From NCBI GenBank assembly GCA_002304425.1, contig NEUY01000001.1:1-61494 (forward strand): DNA of 61,494 bases, written 5' to 3'. Shown here in pieces: positions 49,962-59,719 of the stretch. Within the stretch, counting starts at the first letter, position 1; each line of letters begins with the position of its first letter. The stretch is from Opitutia bacterium Tous-C10FEB (GTDB lineage: Bacteria; Verrucomicrobiota; Verrucomicrobiia; Opitutales; Opitutaceae). The position numbers and the translations under genes were made by a program. The notes below the pieces were generated by a model. The model ran no database searches and had not been told where the DNA came from. It saw nothing but the letters and a program-made list of their open reading frames with translations.

Positions 49962-51005
49962 ATGACACTACACGAACAAATCGGCCAACTCCTGCTCGTC
50001 GGTTTTCGCGGCTGCTCGCCGACAGAGTGCGGTTTAGTGGAGCGCGCGATTCGCGAACAGCACATTGGCGGCGTCATTTTATTTGATCAGGAAATGGCAG
50101 AGCCCAGCCCGCGCCGCCGCAATATTGAGTCACCCCAACAAGTTCGCGCGCTGATCACCTATCTCCAAGCCCAGGCCGCTCGCCCCTTGCTCATCGCGGT
50201 TGATCAGGAAGGCGGGCGCGTCAATCGGCTCAAACCCGAGTATGGATTCCCCGCTAGCAGCTCACACGAGGAGCTCGGCCAACTAAATCAACCAACGGCA
50301 ACCTACCGCCACGCAGAGCGCATCGCCCAAAATCTGGCTGCATTGGGCTTCAACCTCAACTTGGCGCCGGTGGTTGATCTCGATGCTCATCCCGACAACC
50401 CCATCATCAAGGGCAAGGGCCGGAGTTTTTCAGGCGATCCAGCGGTCGTCGCCCGCCACGCGGCTGAATTCGTGGACGCCCACCGCGCCCACGGGGTGCT
50501 GACTTGCGCGAAACATTTCCCCGGACACGGTAGCGCCACCGGTGACACCCATCTCGGCCTCGTCGATGTTACGGCTACCTGGCATGAGCGCGAACTCATC
50601 CCGTTTCAGCAACTGATCGCCGCGGGTCGATGCGATGCCATCATGAGCGCCCACGTAATTAATCGCCACCTCGATGCGAGCCACCCAGCCACGCTTTCGC
50701 GAGCCGTGCAAACCGGCGTACTCCGGGAGCGACTGGGCTTCCAAGGCGTGATTATCAGCGATGACTTGGAGATGAAGGCGATTGCTAGCCATTACGGTCT
50801 CGCGCAAGCCATCCCGCTAGCGCTGGAAGCGGGGATCGACGTGCTCTGCTTGGGCAATAATTTGAGTTACGATCCGCGCATCGCCGAAAAAGCCGCGACC
50901 ATCATTAGCCGCGCCGTCGAATCCGGGCGCCTCTCCCCCGAGCGAATCGCCGCCGCTTGTGCACGCGTCATGGCGCTCAAACAAAAAATGGCCGCGCGCG
51001 TCTAA
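49962..51005 (+). CDS. nagZ: GH3 beta-N-acetylhexosaminidase (NagZ-type, cytoplasmic)
   Basis: DQEGGRV.R, APVVD, RSF, KHFPGHG....DTH (D-x-H dyad) and SDDL nucleophile. No signal peptide. Confidence 0.9.
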   Translation: MTLHEQIGQLLLVGFRGCSPTECGLVERAIREQHIGGVILFDQEMAEPSPRRRNIESPQQVRALITYLQAQAARPLLIAVDQEGGRVNRLKPEYGFPASSSHEELGQLNQPTATYRHAERIAQNLAALGFNLNLAPVVDLDAHPDNPIIKGKGRSFSGDPAVVARHAAEFVDAHRAHGVLTCAKHFPGHGSATGDTHLGLVDVTATWHERELIPFQQLIAAGRCDAIMSAHVINRHLDASHPATLSRAVQTGVLRERLGFQGVIISDDLEMKAIASHYGLAQAIPLALEAGIDVLCLGNNLSYDPRIAEKAATIISRAVESGRLSPERIAAACARVMALKQKMAARV

Positions 51006-51070
51006 AACGCGGGGAGCCTCCGCCGCTGCAGACGCTAACTGCACCCAGCGCCTACGACTCCAGCGGGCGA

Positions 51071-52078
51071 TCAGCGCGCCAACTGCCGCGCCCCGTCAAT
51101 TAATTTATCCCACTGCAACGCCGGACCTGGGTCAGTTTTATTCGTCTGAATATGATAATGACCTAGCACGCCGTGATAGCGGGCCAGCTCGGCGTCAGTT
51201 AATTTATGCGGGACCAGCTGACCACGGTGGTCACGAGGATAATCGAGGGTGATTTTCGGGAAAATTTTTGCGAGCGTCGCCGTGAGTTTGATCAGCGCAG
51301 CGTATTGTTCTGGCGTAAAATCATACTGCACGAGCTCCTTCCCCTGCACGACCCCCCGCACCGGCACAGCCCGAGCAGGGCGTCCCACAAAATTCTTGGT
51401 GTAGATCATGGGATCACCGAGCCGCGCGGGGATTTTGATGTAAGGCTGCCCTTGGGCATCCCGCTGATACCATTCGTCGAGCGTCTTGGTGTCACCGGGC
51501 GCATAGGCGCCCATGTTGGCAATCTCGATACCGATGGAACGATCGTTGGAAATAGTGGCGTGACGGGCGCGCTCCTTGAGGTCGAGCGTTTGATAAACGG
51601 TGCCATCGAGATCGAGCATGAAATGGACGCTGAGACCGCGGTGATCATGCAGCACATTGAAGCAAACCTTGCTGATGCCGCAGACATCGAAGTGAAGCAC
51701 AAATTGATCCACGACCCGCTGCAGGGCGGGCAGATCCCAACCGCCACCGCGCAGGCGCTCAAGCTCGGCGGGGGGCAGCGAATTTCCGCGCAGGCTGTAA
51801 CGGTTGGGCGTTGTGACCTCCTTGGCTTCCACCTTCGTCTTCTCCCAGTCACTGCTCGCCAGCGGACTGAAGCGACGCTCCACGCGATAGGCATCATAAC
51901 CGTGAGGATCCATCCAAGTAATCACGCGGGTCCCTGTATGAAACAATTGTCCGGCCACCACGATCTCATCGCCGGTGCGGGCGAGCGACGTTCCAGGTTG
52001 GTGCGTTTGGCAACCCGTCAGGCCCAGTAAGCCGAGGAGAACAAAACCAAGAATATGGGAACGAATGCTGCTACTCAT
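51071..52078 (-). CDS. N-acetylmuramoyl-L-alanine amidase (Amidase_2), predicted lipoprotein
   Basis: Lipobox LTGC. Motifs VLH, SVHF..D.DG, HA, SIGIE, F...QY.AL and GH......K.DPG. Confidence 0.88.
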   Translation of the reverse strand: MSSSIRSHILGFVLLGLLGLTGCQTHQPGTSLARTGDEIVVAGQLFHTGTRVITWMDPHGYDAYRVERRFSPLASSDWEKTKVEAKEVTTPNRYSLRGNSLPPAELERLRGGGWDLPALQRVVDQFVLHFDVCGISKVCFNVLHDHRGLSVHFMLDLDGTVYQTLDLKERARHATISNDRSIGIEIANMGAYAPGDTKTLDEWYQRDAQGQPYIKIPARLGDPMIYTKNFVGRPARAVPVRGVVQGKELVQYDFTPEQYAALIKLTATLAKIFPKITLDYPRDHRGQLVPHKLTDAELARYHGVLGHYHIQTNKTDPGPALQWDKLIDGARQLAR

Positions 52079-52109
52079 AAGATGAAGTGCCTAGTTGAGC
52101 CCTCACCGC

Positions 52110-52256
52110 TTAGGGCAAAAGCGTTTTTTCTAATTCCGCGATCATGGTGCGAATTTCTCGGCCGGCTTTAATCCCGACATAAAATACGAGAAAGCCATAC
52201 CAAAGAATGGAGGCAAAGAGCAAGATGGTCCAAAAAATTACCGCGGGAGTATGCAT
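52110..52256 (-). CDS. 48-aa single-pass membrane protein, likely SSS symporter partner
   Basis: MHTPAVIFWTILLFASILWYGFLVFYVGIKAGREIRTMIAELEKTLLP: a TM segment followed by an amphipathic tail. Overlaps the SSS 3' end by 19 nt. Confidence 0.7.
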   Translation of the reverse strand: MHTPAVIFWTILLFASILWYGFLVFYVGIKAGREIRTMIAELEKTLLP

Positions 52257-53740
52257 TGAGTGGAGGGGGCCGGAGTGAGCAGTGAGCCGACGATCATACC
52301 GAGAGCAGCGAGGCCAAAAGAGAAAGCGCCGGCGACTTCGGGCGCAATCGGATAGGTTCGGCCTAAGAGAAGAAAAGCCAGCGGGCCAATCGCGCCTAAA
52401 ATCAAAGCAGCCCCGGCGCCCGTTGCATTGCCGCGCGGCCAATAAAGACCCGCGACCAAAAGCGTGAAGACACTGGCGAGGTAAATATTACCCGTAACCG
52501 CGAGGTAGTCCCAAGCATTGCCGGGCAACTCATACCAGAGTCCATAGAACAGCAAAAAGATGGCGATCGCCAGGACCAGCAGGCGCGTGAGCAAGAGTTG
52601 CTGCTTGGGCGCGAGGGGCTTCCGCAGACACGGGGTGATTAAATCATTATAAATGACGGTGGCCCACGTCAGCATATAGCCGCTATCCGTCGACATTTCG
52701 GCGGCGAGCATCGCGGCGACCACGAGGCCAATCACTCCGACCGGGAGCACCAGGCTCAGATAATGCGGCATCGCGGTCAGCGAGGTTAGCTCCTTCGGCA
52801 GTCCGCCCTGTTGCGCGTACCAGACGAAAGCCGCCGCGCCCCACAGACCGGGGAGCAAAAAACGACCTACATAATAAAAGGCGGTTTGCCGATACATGCG
52901 CTTGGCGGTGTCTGCATTTTTAGTGGCCAGCACTCGGCTAATTTGGGTCTGCCACGTCGTGGCGACGGCAATATTGAGCGCGAACTGCCAGAGCAAATAA
53001 CCCCAACCAAAACTGGAAGCATGAAAGGGATTAAACGGATGCGCCGTCATCTGCGTAACGGAGTGCGCCGCCCCGCCCCCCGTCCAAGCGGTGGTGAGAC
53101 CTTCGACCAAATTAATCCAGCCGATGTGATCGATCACCAACACGGAGGTAACCACCAAGCCCACCCCCATGACTAAAAACTGCAGATAATCCGTGACGAG
53201 GACGGAAAGCATTCCACCGAGTGCAGTATAGATGAGCACGAGGCCAAGGAGCACCGTCATGACCCACTCAAGCCAACCGGGCGGCATGCCCGTGGCGGAG
53301 ACCAAAAACTCTCCTCCTAGCCGGAGGAAGATGCCCATATTAAGCAAACCACCGAGCACCACAAAAAGTCCGGCTAACCAGCGGACGCGTGAGCCGAAGC
53401 GCTTTTGAAAAAGTTCTGGAATCGTCATGACCCCCGCGTCCCGCAGCGGACCAATCACAAATCCCGTACGACCGATGAGCCAGATGGCGATGCACATAAT
53501 CACGCCAATCATAGAGCCAGCGAAACCCTTTTCGTAGCCCAGTTGCCCCGTGTACATAATCGTCACCAACCCAAGTTCGGTGGCAGCGAGCGAGGCGATG
53601 CCGAGATTTACATCCATCTCGCGACCGGCGACGGCAAAATCTTCCACGCCGCGCACAAATTTCCGCATCCATAAACCGGCGGCTAAGCAACCGATCAGGT
53701 AAGTAATAATAATAATCCAATCAGGCAGCGTGAGATTCAT
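52238..53740 (-). CDS. Sodium:solute symporter (SSS/SLC5 family)
   Basis: DW.II..Y, F.VAGR, TIPELF.KRFG, YTALGG..SV..TD..QF and AAMLAA.MST. About 13 TM segments. Start placed at MNLTLPDW. Confidence 0.92.
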   Translation of the reverse strand: MNLTLPDWIIIITYLIGCLAAGLWMRKFVRGVEDFAVAGREMDVNLGIASLAATELGLVTIMYTGQLGYEKGFAGSMIGVIMCIAIWLIGRTGFVIGPLRDAGVMTIPELFQKRFGSRVRWLAGLFVVLGGLLNMGIFLRLGGEFLVSATGMPPGWLEWVMTVLLGLVLIYTALGGMLSVLVTDYLQFLVMGVGLVVTSVLVIDHIGWINLVEGLTTAWTGGGAAHSVTQMTAHPFNPFHASSFGWGYLLWQFALNIAVATTWQTQISRVLATKNADTAKRMYRQTAFYYVGRFLLPGLWGAAAFVWYAQQGGLPKELTSLTAMPHYLSLVLPVGVIGLVVAAMLAAEMSTDSGYMLTWATVIYNDLITPCLRKPLAPKQQLLLTRLLVLAIAIFLLFYGLWYELPGNAWDYLAVTGNIYLASVFTLLVAGLYWPRGNATGAGAALILGAIGPLAFLLLGRTYPIAPEVAGAFSFGLAALGMIVGSLLTPAPSTQCILPR

Positions 53741-53911
53741 AAAAAAACCTTCATCATGGGATGAAGCGAATGGGGGTAGCTCGAAGTTGGCGGTCAGTCC
53801 CAGCGAAGGAAAGGCGATTTTCGATCGTTTGCCGTGCAAGGCGCCGTGATTTTCTAATGACGCAAGGGGCTTGCGCCAACCGCGATGATTTTATCCGGTA
53901 TTTCTTCGCTA

Positions 53912-54019
53912 TTAAATAAAAACGGGGTGATTATTTAAACACCTCGAGCCGACGTAAAAATCGCAACGGCACCCCGCCAGTAAGATTTTAAAAATTAGGC
54001 TAATTCTAAATTTTACTTA
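53912..54019. promoter_or_regulatory. AT-rich divergent promoter region with inverted repeats
   Basis: TTAAATAA-N11-TTATTTAA at 53912-53938, and an imperfect palindrome centred on AATTAG-G-CTAATT at 53993-54005. Confidence 0.4.
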
Positions 54020-54038
54020 GCCCTCCCTCCATCGCACT

Positions 54039-55781
54039 ATGGCCGCAGACTCTTCCGTCACTAATAAAACGCGCAGTTTGAGAAGCCAGCAATGGTTTGG
54101 CCGACAAGATCGCGAAGGTTTCCTTTACCGGAGCTGGGTGAAAGGGAAAGGGGTGCCGCATGACCAGTTCGATGGGCGTCCGGTGATTGGAATTTGCAAC
54201 ACTTTTAGTGAACTGACGCCCTGCAACTCTCATTTCCGCACCATTGCTGAGCAGGTAAAAATTGGCGTTTATGAAGCCGGCGGGTTTCCTTTGGAGTTTC
54301 CGGTCATGTCGCTAGGGGAAACGTTGCTGCGTCCTACCGCTATGCTTTACCGCAATCTGGCCAGCATGGATGTAGAGGAAAGTATCCGCGGTAACCCAAT
54401 CGATGGGGTCGTCTTATTGATGGGCTGCGACAAAACCACCCCCTCCTTGATGATGGGGGCCGCCAGCGTAGATTTACCCACGGTGGGGGTTAGCGGTGGC
54501 CCGATGCTCAGTGGAAAATGGCGCGGTCAAGAATTAGGCTCAGGCACGGGAGTCTGGAACATGAGCGAGCAGGTCAGTGCCGGCACCCTCAAGTTAGCAG
54601 ATTTTTTTGAGGCCGAAAGCTGCATGCATCGCAGTCACGGACATTGCATGAGCATGGGCACAGCTAGCACGATGGCTAGCATGGTGGAGGCCTTGGGTCT
54701 TGGTTTGCCCGGCAACGCCGCTTACCCGGCCGTCGACGGTCGGCGCAACGTACTAGCTCGGATGGCTGGTCGCCGCATCGTGGCCATGGTGCATGAGGAC
54801 TTGAAGCTCTCGAAAATCCTAACCCGAGAGGCGTTTGAAAATGCTATCCGCACCTTGGCCGCAATTGGCGGCTCTACCAATGCCGTGATCCATCTCATTG
54901 CGATAGCCGGACGCATCGGTGTTAAATTGACTATTGATGACTTTGATCGACTGGGCAGCGAGCTGCCGTGCCTCGTGAATATGCAGCCCTCCGGGCAATA
55001 CTTAATGGAGGACTTCTGCTATGCTGGCGGCTTACCGGTGGTCATGAAGGAGATTGCGCCATATCTTCATCTCAATGCCCTCACGGCGACCGGAAAGACC
55101 ATCGGAGAGAATATTGCCGAGGCTAAGAATTTTAACCCAGAAGTAATTAAGACCCTGCAAGCCCCTTTCAAAGCTAAAGCCGGCATCGCGGTTTTGCGCG
55201 GCAATCTGGCGCCGCGGGGTGCGGTCATCAAACCGAGTGCGGCCACGCAAGCGCTGATGGTGCACACTGGGCGAGCCGTAGTCTTTGAGAATATCGAAGA
55301 TTTCTACGCGCGCATTAATGATGAGGAGCTCGATATCGACGAACATTGCATCATGGTGCTAAAAAATTGTGGGCCCAAGGGCTACCCAGGTATGGCCGAG
55401 GTTGGCAATATGCCCTTGCCCCCTAAATTGCTGCGTCGAGGCATCACTGACATGGTCCGGATCAGCGATGCCCGGATGAGTGGCACGGCTTATGGCACCG
55501 TAGTACTGCATGCCGTGCCCGAGGCCGCGGCCGGCGGCCCGCTCGCGATTGTCCAGAATGGGGACTTGATCGCACTCGATGTGCCAATGCGGAAACTACA
55601 ATTGCTTATCAGCGACGAGGAACTGGCCCGCCGAATCGAGCAATGGGTTCCCCCCGTGCCGCCATTAGCCTCTGGCTACTGGAAATTATATGTCGACCAT
55701 GTGCTGCAAGCAGATGAAGGGGTCGATTTAGACTTTTTGGTTGGCTCCAGGGGCTCCTTTGTTCCGCGTGATAACCATTAA
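54039..55781 (+). CDS. IlvD/Edd family dehydratase, sugar-acid (pentonate) type
   Basis: PVIGI.N..SELTPCN.H, GCDKTTP, G.C..MGTASTM, GGSTNA..H, GNLAP.GA.IK, SDARMSGTAYG and C-terminal PRDNH. Confidence 0.9.
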   Translation: MAADSSVTNKTRSLRSQQWFGRQDREGFLYRSWVKGKGVPHDQFDGRPVIGICNTFSELTPCNSHFRTIAEQVKIGVYEAGGFPLEFPVMSLGETLLRPTAMLYRNLASMDVEESIRGNPIDGVVLLMGCDKTTPSLMMGAASVDLPTVGVSGGPMLSGKWRGQELGSGTGVWNMSEQVSAGTLKLADFFEAESCMHRSHGHCMSMGTASTMASMVEALGLGLPGNAAYPAVDGRRNVLARMAGRRIVAMVHEDLKLSKILTREAFENAIRTLAAIGGSTNAVIHLIAIAGRIGVKLTIDDFDRLGSELPCLVNMQPSGQYLMEDFCYAGGLPVVMKEIAPYLHLNALTATGKTIGENIAEAKNFNPEVIKTLQAPFKAKAGIAVLRGNLAPRGAVIKPSAATQALMVHTGRAVVFENIEDFYARINDEELDIDEHCIMVLKNCGPKGYPGMAEVGNMPLPPKLLRRGITDMVRISDARMSGTAYGTVVLHAVPEAAAGGPLAIVQNGDLIALDVPMRKLQLLISDEELARRIEQWVPPVPPLASGYWKLYVDHVLQADEGVDLDFLVGSRGSFVPRDNH

Positions 55782-55853
55782 AGCGGCCTAAGTAGTCAGC
55801 AACTTTTGCCGAAGGCAGACCGGCTACCTCGCGTCGCGCGGCTGCACAATTAC

Positions 55854-57140
55854 TCAGCTTTTGCGGCCGAATGAGGGGTCGATTTTCAGGAGGGCGGTAA
55901 CGAAGAAGGATGGAACACTGACAACCAAGACCCAGAGGAAAAAATTAAGATAGCCTAAATGATCCTGAATCCACCCCGCCGCCATCCCTGGAACCATCAT
56001 GCCTAAGGCCATGAACCCCGTGCAGATCGCGTAATGCGCCGTCTGGTGCGCGCCTTTCGCCACCATAATCATGTAGATCATATAAGCGGTGAAGCCGAAG
56101 CCGTAGCCGAACTGCTCGACCGCGAGCACCGAACCGATCACGAGCAGGCTCGTGGGCTGCGCGACCGCCAGATACACGAATATAATATTGGGCAAATACA
56201 TCGCGGTGATCATGGGCCACAGGAGACGTTTCAAACCATAGCGGGAAATAACGAGGCCGCCCAAAATGCCGCCCAAGGTCAGCGCGATTACTCCAACCGT
56301 CCCATAAACAATCCCCACTTGCTGCGTCGTGAGCCCAAGCCCGCCAATCGCCCGACCATCGAGGAGAAAGGGCGTGACTAACTTCAGCAGTTGCGCCTCG
56401 GCCAATCGATAAAGCAGCAGGAAACTAAGAATAACTTTAATCCCAGGGCGGCGAAAAAAAGCCCCGAATACTTCCCGATAACCCGCGGCGAAAGGCTGCC
56501 CCGCCCCCACCGGTCCATCCCCCACCGGTCGCGGCAACACCAGCCAATGATAAAGCGCGAGCCCAACAAAAAACACCGCGAGCAGGATGAAAATGGCGGT
56601 CCAAGCCACGCGAACATCACCCGTAAATTCCTGCAGAGAGCCCGCCAGATAAACTAAGCCGCCCTGCCCCGCAATCATCGCGATTCGATAAAAGGTGCTG
56701 CGCACTCCGACCAGTGCCGCTTGCTGATGCGCCGGAAGCGCGAGCAAATAAAATCCGTCGGCCGCAATGTCGTGCGTCGCCGAACTAAAAGCCATCAGCC
56801 AGAAAACGGCTAAGGTCAGTTGAAACCCATTCCCCATCGGCAGCGTGAAGGCCACTAAAGCCAAAGCGAGCCCGAGCAAAAATTGCAGCCCCACAATCCA
56901 CCAGCGTTTCGTGCGATACAAATCAACCACTGGCGACCACAACGGCTTGATGACCCAGGGTAAATACAGCCAGCTCGTGTAGAGCGCGATCGCGGTGTTC
57001 GAGATCTGTAAATTTTTATACATCACCACCGAAAGCGTCATCGCCACGACGTAGGGAATACCCTGTCCAAAATAAAGCGTCGGAATCCAAAGCCACGGCC
57101 GCGGCGCGGGCGCAATCGGAGTATTCATCAGTGACGACAT
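55854..57140 (-). CDS. AmpG-like MFS muropeptide permease
   Basis: LYF.QG.P, LPW.IKPLWSP.VD, SATHDIAADG, about 12 TM segments, and its position among recycling genes. Confidence 0.85.
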   Translation of the reverse strand: MSSLMNTPIAPAPRPWLWIPTLYFGQGIPYVVAMTLSVVMYKNLQISNTAIALYTSWLYLPWVIKPLWSPVVDLYRTKRWWIVGLQFLLGLALALVAFTLPMGNGFQLTLAVFWLMAFSSATHDIAADGFYLLALPAHQQAALVGVRSTFYRIAMIAGQGGLVYLAGSLQEFTGDVRVAWTAIFILLAVFFVGLALYHWLVLPRPVGDGPVGAGQPFAAGYREVFGAFFRRPGIKVILSFLLLYRLAEAQLLKLVTPFLLDGRAIGGLGLTTQQVGIVYGTVGVIALTLGGILGGLVISRYGLKRLLWPMITAMYLPNIIFVYLAVAQPTSLLVIGSVLAVEQFGYGFGFTAYMIYMIMVAKGAHQTAHYAICTGFMALGMMVPGMAAGWIQDHLGYLNFFLWVLVVSVPSFFVTALLKIDPSFGRKS

Positions 57141-58756
57141 TAAAGACGCGGACGGTTTAAGCGCAAGGTGACGCGCGCACTTTCATTACCCAGCCGATCG
57201 ATCGACGAAACCACCAGAGCTTCCGCCCCCCGCGCCTCCACCAACGGCGCACTCGCGGGTTGAATAGAAAACTCCCAAGCTTTTTCCCGCTCCCGCCAGA
57301 TCGCATAATTTGCCACTGGTTTACCCGCGGCGGGTGTGATCATAATTTTTCCGGCGCTCAGCGCTTTAAGTTTAGGGGCCCGTGGGGCCACCGCATCCAG
57401 CCAAGGCGAAGTGGGCACCAACGCAGCCTGCGCGTATGCTGCCGTTTGCAAAAGCGTGCTAATCCCGTGGCGATCTTGCAGGAGCGCCACCATGCTAAAA
57501 TGCACGTGGCCACTCGTCACCGACTGCGCCCGCGCCCCGGCGATTTGCTGCGTAATTTCGCCGACCGACCAGCTTTGGGGCGTAGCATTAATTCGGCTCG
57601 TAAACAGTCCGGGCCAAAGATGAAAGCGTCCGTTAATTTGCTGGGCCCAATAATCGAGTAACACTGGAAACGACTGCGCCGTCGCGGCCGCTGGCCAGTA
57701 AAGTTGCGGGGTCAGATAATCCATCCAGCCGCGCTCAATCCAATGCTCAACGTCGGCGTAGAGTTGATCATATTGACTAAAACCAGCGATGCCGGGCGGA
57801 CGCCGATCAGGTCGCCCCAGTCCGAAGGGGCTCAGTCCAAACTTCACGGTGGGCTTAATCGCATGAACGGTGCGATGGAGTTGCTCGACGAGACTATTAA
57901 CATTTTGTCGGCGCCAGTCGGCGCGCTTGAGCTGTCCACCCGTCGTTCGGTAAATTTTCCAAGAGGGTTCATCAGGGAAATCCAACGACTCTTTAATTTC
58001 ACCCGGCTTGACGATGGCGCCCGCGGGCGGCGCGATGGGATACGGGTAAAAATAGTCGTCCAGATGCACGCCATCCACGTCGTAGCGCCGCACCACATCC
58101 GCGATGACGGCGAGCGTCCGTTGCACCGCAATCGGCTCACCCGGATCCAGCCACCAGGATTCGCCGTATTTTTTTACCGCGGCAGGATGCGTCAGCGCCA
58201 AATGGTTCGGCGCAAAAGCTGACTTCGCCTGATGATGCCGGGCGCGGTAAGGATTAAACCACGCATGCAGTTCAAGGCCGCGCCGGTGCGCTTCCTCAAT
58301 CCACATTTGGAGCGGGTCATAGAACGGCACCGGGGCACGCCCTTGTTCGCCGCAGAGATATTCGCTCCACGGTTCCAGCGCTGAAAGATACAGTGCGTCC
58401 GCCGCGGGGCGGACCTGCAGAATGATCGCATTTAATTTCAAGGCGCTGGCCCGATCTAGTATGGCTAGTATTTCCGCCTGTTGCGTGGCCACCGGTAAAC
58501 CCGGCTGGCTCGGCCAATCAATATTCGCCACTGCCGCCACCCACGCGGCCCGAAACTCGCGGGGCGCCGCGGGCGGATCATTTCGTGGCTGGCGCGACGG
58601 ACTGAGGGTCGTACAGCCGACGAGGCACAGGGCCGCGGCCGCCACGGAAAAAAGGCTAAAGCTTACCCCGCATCGGCCGATGCCCAGATTGGCCGGAGAG
58701 AAAATCTGCCGCGCAGCCGGCCGCGTTGCCGAAGAATTATTCATGCCCTGATTCAA
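57140..58756 (-). CDS. GHL10/DUF187 (YddW/DigH-like) glycoside hydrolase lipoprotein
   Basis: Lipobox LVGC, REFRAAWVA.V.NIDWPS, QVRP..DA.Y.S..EPWS, HAWFNPYR, DG.H.DDYFYPYP and DY..PQLYW. Exact start uncertain (58756 or 58744). Confidence 0.87.
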   Translation of the reverse strand: MNQGMNNSSATRPAARQIFSPANLGIGRCGVSFSLFSVAAAALCLVGCTTLSPSRQPRNDPPAAPREFRAAWVAAVANIDWPSQPGLPVATQQAEILAILDRASALKLNAIILQVRPAADALYLSALEPWSEYLCGEQGRAPVPFYDPLQMWIEEAHRRGLELHAWFNPYRARHHQAKSAFAPNHLALTHPAAVKKYGESWWLDPGEPIAVQRTLAVIADVVRRYDVDGVHLDDYFYPYPIAPPAGAIVKPGEIKESLDFPDEPSWKIYRTTGGQLKRADWRRQNVNSLVEQLHRTVHAIKPTVKFGLSPFGLGRPDRRPPGIAGFSQYDQLYADVEHWIERGWMDYLTPQLYWPAAATAQSFPVLLDYWAQQINGRFHLWPGLFTSRINATPQSWSVGEITQQIAGARAQSVTSGHVHFSMVALLQDRHGISTLLQTAAYAQAALVPTSPWLDAVAPRAPKLKALSAGKIMITPAAGKPVANYAIWREREKAWEFSIQPASAPLVEARGAEALVVSSIDRLGNESARVTLRLNRPRL

Positions 58757-59637
58757 CGGCGCAGGAGCGCGCGGCGAACGCTGCCGTCGACCGCGTCGAG
58801 CGCAGCTTGGGCGTCGGCTACGCTGAGCTTCTGGCGAAGCATGACGATCGCCACCTTCACGCGATAACTGCAGGCCTCGAGCGCCGCGCGGGCCGCAGCC
58901 TCGTCCGCGTTCGCGGCTTGCCGTGTTAAGGCTACCGCGCGCCGGACCAATTTGGCATTGGTCGGTAATACATCGACCATCAAGTTACCGTAGACCTTAT
59001 TCAGTCGGACCATAATCGAACTCGAAAGCGTGTTGAGCGCGATTTTCTGCGCGGTACCGGCTTTGAGTCGCGTGCTCCCCGAAATCGTTTCACTGCCCGT
59101 ATCGAGCGTGATGCCGATGTCCGCTTGGGTGGCCACGGGCGCCTGGGGATTATTGGCGAGGCCAATCGTCAACGCGCCCGCACTTTTCGCGACCGCCAGA
59201 GCGCCCAGCACGTAAGGAGTATAACCCGAAGCCGCGATCAGCAGAACGACATCTTGCGGCGTAACCGCCAGCCCGCGCAGATCCGCCCCGCCCTGAGCCT
59301 CATCATCCTCCGCGCCTTCCGCGGCGGAACCCAACGCGGCGTGACCACCGGCCAACAAAGCGGCGACGCGATCCTTCGGCCAAGCAAAGGTCGGAAATAA
59401 TTCCACGCTGTCTAAGAGACCCAGTCGCCCCGACGTGCCGGCCCCGACATAAATTAAACGACCACCGGCCGCGATGCGCGGCACCGCCGCATCAACCGCC
59501 CGCGCCAAGGCATCAGCCGCAGCATGAACGACATTCGCCGCCACCACTTGATCAGCGGTAAAAGCCCGCACGAGATCGGCGGAAGCATATTGATCAAGAT
59601 TAGGGTGCTGGGGGCTGGGGGTTTCCGTGTTGAGCAT
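58753..59637 (-). CDS. murQ: N-acetylmuramic acid 6-phosphate etherase
   Basis: GAGTSGRLG.LD..E..PTF, EGAED, AASG.TPY, GSTRLKAGTAQK and GNLMVDV...N.KL. Confidence 0.95.
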   Translation of the reverse strand: MLNTETPSPQHPNLDQYASADLVRAFTADQVVAANVVHAAADALARAVDAAVPRIAAGGRLIYVGAGTSGRLGLLDSVELFPTFAWPKDRVAALLAGGHAALGSAAEGAEDDEAQGGADLRGLAVTPQDVVLLIAASGYTPYVLGALAVAKSAGALTIGLANNPQAPVATQADIGITLDTGSETISGSTRLKAGTAQKIALNTLSSSIMVRLNKVYGNLMVDVLPTNAKLVRRAVALTRQAANADEAAARAALEACSYRVKVAIVMLRQKLSVADAQAALDAVDGSVRRALLRR

Positions 59638-59719
59638 GGCAAAAAGATAATCGGCGTTGCGGCAGCGGGTTCAATCGTTCATTTCATGAGAGTGCTTTGT
59701 ATCCGCCGACTTTTATCCG

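Noticed and set aside
51206-52030. 274-aa antisense ORF over the amidase
   Set aside because: Fully nested opposite a motif-bearing gene, with no recognisable domain.
53912-53940. Possible dif (XerCD) site
   Set aside because: The arms are separated by 11 bp rather than 6 and match the XerC/XerD consensus poorly. Kept only as a candidate operator.
54039-55781. Calling this gene ilvD
   Set aside because: SDARMSGT and the C-terminal PRDNH fit the sugar-acid dehydratase branch better, and no ilv genes are nearby.
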